DNA from: Thermodesulfobacterium commune DSM 2178
GTDB lineage: Bacteria; Desulfobacterota; Thermodesulfobacteria; Thermodesulfobacteriales; Thermodesulfobacteriaceae
Assembly (NCBI RefSeq): GCF_000734015.1
Contig: NZ_CP008796.1
Span: 690,001 to 722,000 of the forward strand
Direction of reading: 5' to 3'
DNA: 32,000 bases
Part shown: in pieces, positions 18,269-28,008 of the stretch
Layout: every line of letters starts with the position of its first letter
Numbering within the stretch: the stretch's first letter is position 1
The notes under the pieces: generated by a model
Told to the model about the DNA's origin: nothing
What the model saw: the letters and a program-made list of their open reading frames with translations, nothing else
Database searches by the model: none
Program-made: the position numbers and the translations under genes

Positions 18269-18498
18269 CTTTTGGAAGTAGTGTTTTATTAATTGTGTCT
18301 AAATCTTAGGGGTTAGGGGCTCCCCCTCCTGGTAAAAATGGTAAAGTTAAACTCAAAATTAAGAAAGAGGGAAAGTGGTTAGATTTACAAGGTGATATAT
18401 TTGGTATTGTTGGATGTTGGAGGATATTTAATTTTAGGAGGGAGGTTTCTTACCACCACATTGGTAGACACAATTAAATAAACACTATGCTTTTGGAA
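18269..18498. mobile_element. MITE-like non-coding insertion: 23-bp imperfect terminal inverted repeats flanked by a 9-bp direct repeat
   Basis: The left IR TAGTGTTTTATTAATTGTGTCTA (18279-18301) matches the reverse complement of 18465-18487 at 21/23 positions. CTTTTGGAA occurs at 18269-18277 and again at 18490-18498, immediately outside the IRs. The roughly 160-bp interior has no credible ORF. Confidence 0.55.
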
Positions 18499-18517
18499 CA
18501 ACTGTGTCATTTGATAA

Positions 18518-21628
<3,111 letters not shown>

Positions 21629-21768
21629 CCTTCCTTCTCATTTTTGATAACTCTTAAAATTACCATAAATTCTAAAAATTTGTAGTAAACCATCTTTTAA
21701 AATGTTTAATTTTGGATAAAATATTTTTCATACTCTTTAAGGGAAATAAATAAGGAGGTACAATTAAA

Positions 21769-22053
21769 ATGAATTGCAGTAGATTAAAAACCCTTATCAG
21801 AGATTGGTATCAAGAAGTAAGGTCTTTTACCCTTTCTCCTGTCAAAATGATGGATTTAGTAGAAAAACATGTGCAAAACTGTGAAGTTTGTCAACAAGAT
21901 GAAACTTTACCTTTGGAGTTAGAACAATTAAGAGAAATAATTAGAGTCCCTTATAAACCTCCTAAAGAAACTGACTTTAAATTCTCTGAAGACATAGAAT
22001 ACATCTATGATGAAGATTTAGAAGACTTAGAAGAGGAAGAGATTGAATCTTAG
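21769..22053 (+). CDS. Small soluble ZAS-like (H-x3-C-x2-C) protein with a strongly acidic tail
   Basis: AAGGAGG is the SD. C3...H34-x3-C38-x2-C41 (KHVQNCEVCQ) matches the zf-HC2 anti-sigma zinc motif. There is no TM segment, and the C-terminus is DEDLEDLEEEEIES. Confidence 0.6.
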   Translation: MNCSRLKTLIRDWYQEVRSFTLSPVKMMDLVEKHVQNCEVCQQDETLPLELEQLREIIRVPYKPPKETDFKFSEDIEYIYDEDLEDLEEEEIES

Positions 22054-22080
22054 GGGTGACTTATATTTAGCCACCCCTAA
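22050..22080. terminator. Shared hairpin between the convergent ZAS-like gene and the cytochrome operon (no T tract on either strand)
   Basis: TTAGGGGTG (22050-22058) pairs perfectly with CACCCCTAA (22072-22080) around a 13-nt loop. The stem includes the TAG stop of the plus-strand gene and ends 6 nt from the c3 stop. Confidence 0.45.
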
Positions 22081-22085
22081 TCTAT

Positions 22086-22454
22086 TTAAGACCTTTTATG
22101 GCAGTCATTACACTTAACTGGCGCTTGTTTACCTTCTTCACCGTTAACCTTCTTATGGCATTCAATACAGGTCTTATGGTAGGCATCCATAGCTTTTAAA
22201 GCTTTATCTTTAGCCTGAGCTATATCATGACATTCTACACATTTTTTTACTTCTTTAGTAGGATCGGCTTCTGCATGATGACATACTTTACAATCGATTT
22301 TATATACATCTACATGGTTTGCATGATTAAACTTCACAGCTGGAAATTTAGCTCCTTCCAGTTTTAATTGTAATTCCGTTGGAAGTGCAAAAACTAAAGT
22401 AACACAGAACAAAATTCCTCCTATGATTAACCCTCCCCAAACTTTCTTTTTCAT
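22086..22454 (-). CDS. Tetrahaem cytochrome c3 family protein (class III), with an N-terminal signal or anchor
   Basis: Four CxxCH motifs (CKVCH, CVECH, CIECH, CNDCH) and the FNHANH...CKVCHH pattern in 122 aa. The SD is GGGGGGG, 7 nt upstream of the ATG. Confidence 0.85.
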   Translation of the reverse strand: MKKKVWGGLIIGGILFCVTLVFALPTELQLKLEGAKFPAVKFNHANHVDVYKIDCKVCHHAEADPTKEVKKCVECHDIAQAKDKALKAMDAYHKTCIECHKKVNGEEGKQAPVKCNDCHKRS

Positions 22455-22478
22455 AGTTTTACCCCCCCTTGTTTTTAA

Positions 22479-23120
22479 TTAGTGCCCGGTATGTTCTTCA
22501 TGTTCTTCTTCATATCCGGTAAACATAGCTATGATGTGAGCTAAAGGTGTATGTCCTAAAGTACTTAAATAAATATGAACAAAAAGGAAAAATCCGTAAA
22601 ACACCCAAAGGCCATTGTGAATTAAAGAAACAATCTGAATACCTCCCATCAAACTTTCTAACCAAGCAAACTGAACAGGATCCCAAAGCACAAGACCTGT
22701 CAAAATTTGTAAAGGTATACAAAAGATCATGATGATAAAATAAAAAACCTGTTGTAGAGGATTAAATTTGTTATCAGGGGTTGGATGATGAGGGTTTTTC
22801 TCTCCTACCATGATACCATAGGCATAATACTTTGCTTGAGCAAAAGCTTTTTTAATAAAATCTACAGGTCTCCAAAAAGGAGGGATATAAATCTTAAAAA
22901 TTTTTCCGGTAAACAGATAGTAACATAACCAGATAAAATAATTAGCAAGCAAAATAAACCCTAACCAGCTATGTATCTTAACCGCACTTTCAAAAGACAT
23001 AAGATTTATCTTATCTACCAATCTGATCTGTAATCCGGTAATTATCAATACTATAAAACTGATAGCATTGATCCAGTGCCATATTCTTACAGGTAAAGGA
23101 TGTAAATATACCTTCTTCAT
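22479..23120 (-). CDS. Membrane cytochrome b subunit (PhsC/FdnI/HydC-type, four conserved His, presumably di-haem)
   Basis: LPVRIWHWINAISFIVLIITGLQIR start. Four hydrophobic helices carry His in WHW, KIHSW, LIHNG and FVHIY. The ATG overlaps the upstream stop (TAATG). Confidence 0.85.
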   Translation of the reverse strand: MKKVYLHPLPVRIWHWINAISFIVLIITGLQIRLVDKINLMSFESAVKIHSWLGFILLANYFIWLCYYLFTGKIFKIYIPPFWRPVDFIKKAFAQAKYYAYGIMVGEKNPHHPTPDNKFNPLQQVFYFIIMIFCIPLQILTGLVLWDPVQFAWLESLMGGIQIVSLIHNGLWVFYGFFLFVHIYLSTLGHTPLAHIIAMFTGYEEEHEEHTGH

Positions 23121-24793
23121 TATTTCCCCTCCCTTCTTTTTCTTCTAATAGGTGTGGTTATAATTCTTAAAGATAGATGCCCTAAACCAAAACCTATACC
23201 GCAAACCACAGCCAAAACAAACAATATATCTAAAACACTAATCCTTGACAGACCTAAAACATAAAAATCTCTAACATTTGGTATGGCATATACCGAATTT
23301 AAAATCTTTCTATCTACTAAGGTTTTTAAGGTTTTATCTCCTTCTTTACTGATTTCTAAAACTCCGGCAAACTTAGCCTCAGAACTATGACAAACAGTAC
23401 AATCTTTTATGGCTTCTTTCTTAGAAAGAATTTTATGAGCATCATTAGAATTTACTAAGTCTAATCTTCCTTTTAATTCAACTTTCACCTTCTGTTTAAC
23501 CGTATTCAAAAACTGCCAGAACTCTTTTTCCTGGACCAAACCATCTTTATTAAGATCTATCTTATTTTTTACCTCTTCAACCGGCCAGTTTAAAGCTTTA
23601 CTTAGATCTTCTACCGTTATGCCTGTTTTTTTAGCTTTATCTACCAAAGACAGCATCACTGCCTTTTCACCTTTTGCATGACACACACTACAAGAAGCAC
23701 TCTTAAAATGGACATCTACAAAGGATTCTAAGGTAAAAGGTGGATTATAGAGCCATTTACTATGAGCCTTCTTGGAGTCCTTATGGCAGGACAAACAAGA
23801 GTCGTTTAACTTTGCCATACTAACAGGTAAAACGTCATGGGCTTTATGACAGTTAGAACAATTAGGAGCATTAGGCTTGGATTCAGAAAGGGCTTTAAAA
23901 TGAATACTATCTTTGTAAGCCTTGGCCTCTTCTCCATGACAACTTGCACAGAGATTGAACTTTAACTCATTATTAGGTAAAATACGCGCCACTTTATGAT
24001 AATCATGACATCTTATACAGTCAGGAGCCTTCTCTTTCCCTTGATAAAAAGCCTTGGCATGGATACTTTTGTTAAATTGATCTACCTCTTTAGTATGACA
24101 TTGCTTACATATTTCTATAGCTTGTTTTCTATACTCTTTTAGTGATGCTATCTTTTTAATAGGATGCTCTGTTTTAGAATAACCTTTATGACAATCAGTA
24201 CACTTAAGGTCTTTATGTACAGAACTTAAAAGATGAGACCCATCTACCTTTACTGAAAGAACTTCACCATTTTCAAGCTTTTTAGTTATAGATTTACTAT
24301 GGCAAGTCAAACAATATTGATTTTCAGGTAAATTTTTACCTATTTTGGCTGGTTTAACCCCATGATATCCATGACATTCTATACAAGAAGCAGTCTTAGA
24401 AATGGTGTAGTGTACCTGATTTCTTCTTAATGTAGCATCGGTATGACATTTCTGACATATCTGTTTAGAAAGATTAGCCGCATACTCTCTTTTATTCTTA
24501 AATGTATATGAAGGATGTTTAGTTTTTGAAAAATCACTGTGACATACGATACACTGAAAGTTGCTATGAACAGATTGTTTGATTTCATTTAAGTTTACCT
24601 TAAGATTTAACTTTTCACCACTTTTTAACGTTTTGCTTAACTCAATTTTATGACAAGACATGCAGTATTCATTAAAACTTGCTTTTTGCTTCCATTCCTT
24701 AAAACTTAGGTCTTGAGAAGGTAAACTTCCGATAACCCTTTTAGAAGTAGCAGCAAGCAAACCGGTTGTCAACAAAAGCAGACTTAACAACAA
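23120..24793 (-). CDS. 13-haem c-type cytochrome with a C-terminal transmembrane anchor. The authentic start is probably the ATG at 24824, reached through an A9 tract.
   Basis: 13 CxxCH motifs counted by hand. A hydrophobic helix VLDILFVLAVVCGIGFGLG is followed by RRKRREGK. The track ORF starts at TTG 24793, with no SD and no charged n-region. An SD plus ATG lies at 24824 in the +1 frame (see findings). Confidence 0.85.
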   Translation of the reverse strand: MLLSLLLLTTGLLAATSKRVIGSLPSQDLSFKEWKQKASFNEYCMSCHKIELSKTLKSGEKLNLKVNLNEIKQSVHSNFQCIVCHSDFSKTKHPSYTFKNKREYAANLSKQICQKCHTDATLRRNQVHYTISKTASCIECHGYHGVKPAKIGKNLPENQYCLTCHSKSITKKLENGEVLSVKVDGSHLLSSVHKDLKCTDCHKGYSKTEHPIKKIASLKEYRKQAIEICKQCHTKEVDQFNKSIHAKAFYQGKEKAPDCIRCHDYHKVARILPNNELKFNLCASCHGEEAKAYKDSIHFKALSESKPNAPNCSNCHKAHDVLPVSMAKLNDSCLSCHKDSKKAHSKWLYNPPFTLESFVDVHFKSASCSVCHAKGEKAVMLSLVDKAKKTGITVEDLSKALNWPVEEVKNKIDLNKDGLVQEKEFWQFLNTVKQKVKVELKGRLDLVNSNDAHKILSKKEAIKDCTVCHSSEAKFAGVLEISKEGDKTLKTLVDRKILNSVYAIPNVRDFYVLGLSRISVLDILFVLAVVCGIGFGLGHLSLRIITTPIRRKRREGK

Positions 24794-24823
24794 GAAAGAA
24801 AAATATAGCGTCTTTTTTTTTCA

Positions 24824-25996
24824 TTATTTAACCCCCACAGGAATATTTGTATGATATCCGTGGCAATCAATACACATAAATCTTTTATCTCTAGCTACTA
24901 TAGCATGACCTGGATGTTTAGAAATGCTTTCATAAGTATGACATTTAGTACAACGAGAAGCCATTTCTTTAGTGTAATCTTTTATAGATCTAATGTTAAT
25001 AGGTTTAGGATGAAAATCTGTGTTATAAATATCATAATGGCAAGCAAAACAACCTATTTTACCGTGAGGAGTTTTGGCAAATTTTTCTGAATTAACATAA
25101 AGATACATCTTATCACCGTTACCTAAAACCTTAGGCAACCTTTCTACTTTATGGCACTTTATACACTCTTGGGTCTGTTTTCTTACTAATTTGATAGGTT
25201 TAACATAGTGAGAATTATGACATTCAGAACAAAGGGTCTTTCCCTCTTTTACTATGTTTTGATGAAAAGAAGAAAGTCCGGACGCAGGATGACAGGTTAA
25301 ACAGTTTTGGTTTACCCCTTTGGAATAGCTATAACGACTTTCTATTTTGATCGGTTTAGGATGGGTAGATTTATCAATATCCTGGTGACAGAATAAACAG
25401 TGAACCTTATTTCCGTGCGCAGAATCATAAAACTTCTTTGAATCTACATAAAGAGCCATCTTTTCTCCATTAGGTAAAACCTTATGAAGCCTCTCTAACT
25501 TATGACACTTTAAACAATCTTTAGCAATCCTATCAAATTCCTCTTTTATAGGTTTAATGTAATGTGAACCGTGACACTCTGCACAAGAGAGTTTATTTTC
25601 TTTTACTATGTTTTTATGGATAGGAGAAAGACTTTCGATAGCATGGCAATTTACACAATTAGCAGAAACTATCTTTTTATATTCCCTTACACTGGCAATT
25701 TTCATCGGTCTTGGATGTTCCTTTACGTTAAGGTCGGCATGACAAGAAAGACAATCCATACTTCCATGAACAGAGGCCTGAAACTTCTCAGGGTCTACAT
25801 AAAGAGCCATCTTTTCTCCATTAGGTAAAACCTTATGAAGCCTCTCTAATTTATGACACTTTAAACAGGCATCGTTTGAACCACTGCTACTTGCTATGGA
25901 CGATTTATTAAAGGTTAGAGGAAGAAAAAAACTGATCCCCAACAGAACTCCAGATAAACACAACCCAAGAAAAAAATATCTAAAAATTTTTCCCAT
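24824..25996 (-). CDS. 12-haem c-type cytochrome built from three tandem 117-aa tetrahaem modules
   Basis: 12 CxxCH motifs. The first Cys of each module is at residues 46, 163 and 280 in track numbering. The start is set at ATG 25996 (MGKIFRYFF...) because GGGGG (26007-26003) lies 6 nt upstream. The track's TTG at 26002 abuts the SD. Confidence 0.85.
   Translation of the reverse strand: MGKIFRYFFLGLCLSGVLLGISFFLPLTFNKSSIASSSGSNDACLKCHKLERLHKVLPNGEKMALYVDPEKFQASVHGSMDCLSCHADLNVKEHPRPMKIASVREYKKIVSANCVNCHAIESLSPIHKNIVKENKLSCAECHGSHYIKPIKEEFDRIAKDCLKCHKLERLHKVLPNGEKMALYVDSKKFYDSAHGNKVHCLFCHQDIDKSTHPKPIKIESRYSYSKGVNQNCLTCHPASGLSSFHQNIVKEGKTLCSECHNSHYVKPIKLVRKQTQECIKCHKVERLPKVLGNGDKMYLYVNSEKFAKTPHGKIGCFACHYDIYNTDFHPKPINIRSIKDYTKEMASRCTKCHTYESISKHPGHAIVARDKRFMCIDCHGYHTNIPVGVK
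25443..25516. repeat. Intragenic direct repeat, copy A (74 bp, 73/74 identical to copy B)
   Basis: Encodes CLKCHKLERLHKVLPNGEKMALYVD at the start of module 2. It is offset exactly 351 bp from copy B. Confidence 0.9.
25794..25867. repeat. Intragenic direct repeat, copy B
   Basis: The same 74 bp with one C/T difference (25499 vs 25850). It encodes the identical 25 aa at the start of module 1. Confidence 0.9.
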
Positions 25997-26053
25997 TATC
26001 AACCCCCATAAAGAAAGATTTTAAAATAACCCTATTTTGCCTATTAGATATAG

Positions 26054-26082
26054 ATATTATATAAGCTCAATCCTTAAGTCAA
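26054..26082 (-). promoter_or_regulatory. Strong sigma-70-like promoter of the cytochrome operon
   Basis: The minus strand reads TTGACT (26082-26077), then TATAAT at 15 nt or TAATAT at 17 nt spacing (26061-26054). It lies about 55 nt upstream of the ATG at 25996. Confidence 0.5.
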
Positions 26083-26156
26083 GCCTAACAAGTTCTAAAA
26101 AAGTAGGTTTTTAAGTTCTAATTTCTATTAAACAACAAATTTTTATAAATTTTTTT

Positions 26157-27431
26157 TTATTTTTTTCTTTTATCTATCACTCGTACAGCTTTTCCTGGAA
26201 CCCTTTGAATGGTGCCTTCAGGAACGATTTGAATCTTACTTCTAAAACCTAAAAAATCATAAAGTTCTAAGTTTAGCCTCTCCATTTCTTGATCGGTTAA
26301 CCCCCCATCGGTTTTTTCTACAATGATGGTCATCTCATCTTTGCCTTTTACATTTTCTATTACCAATTGATAATACGGAGCAAGTCCTTTGTACTTCAAA
26401 AGTATAGCCTCTATCTGAGAAGGATAAAAATTTACCCCCTTTACCTTCAACATATCGTCTGTTCTGCCTTTAATTCTATCTATTCTAACGTGAGTTCTTC
26501 CACACTCGCAGGGTTCGTAACTTATTATCTTAGATATGTCTCTTGTTCTATACCTGATAAGAGGCAAGCCTTCTCTGGTAAGAGTAGTAACCACTATTTC
26601 TCCTTCTTCTCCTAAAGGCAATACCTCACCTGTTTCAGGATGTACGATTTCTATGATATAATGATCTTCCCAAACATGAATGCCTTTTCTTGCTTCACAA
26701 TCTATCCCTAAACCTACTCCCCCGGTTTCTGTCATCCCTATGATATCAAAGGTTTTAACCCCCATCATCTCTTCTATCCTTTTTCTGTATTCATCTGACC
26801 AGGTTTCAGCACCTAAAATAGCTACCCGAAGATTAGTTTTTCTAAAATCAAACCCATTTTCTTGAGCTACTTCGATAAGTCTTGCTGGATAAGAAGCTAT
26901 AGCCCCTATGGCGGTAACCCCCAAATCTTTTATAAGTTTAAGTTGCATAAGAGTTCTTCCAGCACCTGCTGGAACGATAAAACATCCTAAGGTTTCTGCT
27001 CCATAATGAAAACCAAAACCTCCGTTAAATAACCCAAAGGAAGGCATAATCTGTAACCTGTCTTTTGAGGTAAGCCCAGCACAAGCCAAGCATCGAGCCA
27101 TTATCTCACCCCACTGAGCCACATCATTTTTAGTCATAAGGTTTAATACTGGGATTCCTGTAGTCCCTGAACTCATATGCATTCTTACACAATCTGAAGG
27201 ATCTACAGCTATGTGTCCAAAAGGATAACCATCCCTTAAGTCATCTTTTGTCGTAAAAGGCAGGTATTTTAAATCATCTAAACTTTTTATATCTTCAGGA
27301 TGGATGTCTTTAATCTTCTCTTTTAACATAGATTTAGAATTTTTAAGAAATGCGATGGTTTTTCTTAATCTACCAAGCTGAATTTTTTCAATCTCTTCTC
27401 TTGGTAAAGTTTCCATCTTAGGATTAAACAT
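26157..27431 (-). CDS. Phenylacetate-CoA ligase family (PaaK/F390-synthetase-like) adenylate-forming enzyme
   Basis: N-terminus FNPKMETLPREEIEKIQLGRLRKT and AMP-binding motif MSSGTTGIPV. The length and C-terminal lid domain are typical of PaaK-like proteins. The substrate cannot be inferred. Confidence 0.85.
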   Translation of the reverse strand: MFNPKMETLPREEIEKIQLGRLRKTIAFLKNSKSMLKEKIKDIHPEDIKSLDDLKYLPFTTKDDLRDGYPFGHIAVDPSDCVRMHMSSGTTGIPVLNLMTKNDVAQWGEIMARCLACAGLTSKDRLQIMPSFGLFNGGFGFHYGAETLGCFIVPAGAGRTLMQLKLIKDLGVTAIGAIASYPARLIEVAQENGFDFRKTNLRVAILGAETWSDEYRKRIEEMMGVKTFDIIGMTETGGVGLGIDCEARKGIHVWEDHYIIEIVHPETGEVLPLGEEGEIVVTTLTREGLPLIRYRTRDISKIISYEPCECGRTHVRIDRIKGRTDDMLKVKGVNFYPSQIEAILLKYKGLAPYYQLVIENVKGKDEMTIIVEKTDGGLTDQEMERLNLELYDFLGFRSKIQIVPEGTIQRVPGKAVRVIDKRKK

Positions 27432-27449
27432 CTCTTCCTCCTAAAAGTT

Positions 27450-28007
27450 TTATATTATAAAAATTTTCTCCATACACAAATAAGTTTTCAAAAAACTTTC
27501 ACATATAAAACAAAAAGATTTATTTTTTCTGTCTACATCCGCTATGGTATTAGAAAAACTCATCACACAGTTTGGGTGAAAACAATGAGGTAGAAAAAAA
27601 AGATGACCAAGCTCATGGGTAACCTCTTTAATAAGCCTTTCTGTAAAAATTTTTTCGTCAAAAGCTAACCCATAAAACTCAGGGTTAAGTCTGGCATGAG
27701 ATACTACAGCTATTCCTCTTTTAGGGTCAGCTTCTCCAAAAACAAAATTTAGCCCATGACTATAAAGGTCAACGTCTACTAAAACTACCCATTTTTCTTT
27801 TAAATTTTTTTTATATTTAGAGAAAAGATCTATGATTTTAGAGGAGATGTATTGATTTCTTTTGGGGTTGTAGGCTAAAGAAAAATCAAAAACCAAACCG
27901 TAAAAATTAACCGAATATCCAAAAATAGTCTCTAAATGAGACTTTAAAGCTAAAAGAATATCGTCTTTTAAATCTGTATAAACTAAAAATATAGAAATTT
28001 TTTTCAT
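27450..28007 (-). CDS. amzA: Archaemetzincin-like zinc metallopeptidase (peptidase M54)
   Basis: HELGHLFFLPHC...C(x)VM...CFIC matches the archaemetzincin HExxHxxGxxHC plus Cys4 layout. The usual Gly is replaced by Phe. There is no SD. Confidence 0.8.
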   Translation of the reverse strand: MKKISIFLVYTDLKDDILLALKSHLETIFGYSVNFYGLVFDFSLAYNPKRNQYISSKIIDLFSKYKKNLKEKWVVLVDVDLYSHGLNFVFGEADPKRGIAVVSHARLNPEFYGLAFDEKIFTERLIKEVTHELGHLFFLPHCFHPNCVMSFSNTIADVDRKNKSFCFICESFLKTYLCMEKIFII

Positions 28008-28008
28008 G

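Noticed and set aside
18193-18280. Possible preQ1 riboswitch upstream of queF
   Set aside because: Read on the minus strand, there is no P1 stem plus A-rich tail resembling the preQ1-I aptamer. Consensus promoter hexamers leave only 7 nt before the ATG.
22510-22732. Small ORFs on both strands inside the cytochrome b gene, and 24851-25090 and 25571-25828 antisense to the 12-haem gene
   Set aside because: They are shadow ORFs inside genes with unmistakable motif periodicity (TM helices with His, and CxxCH).
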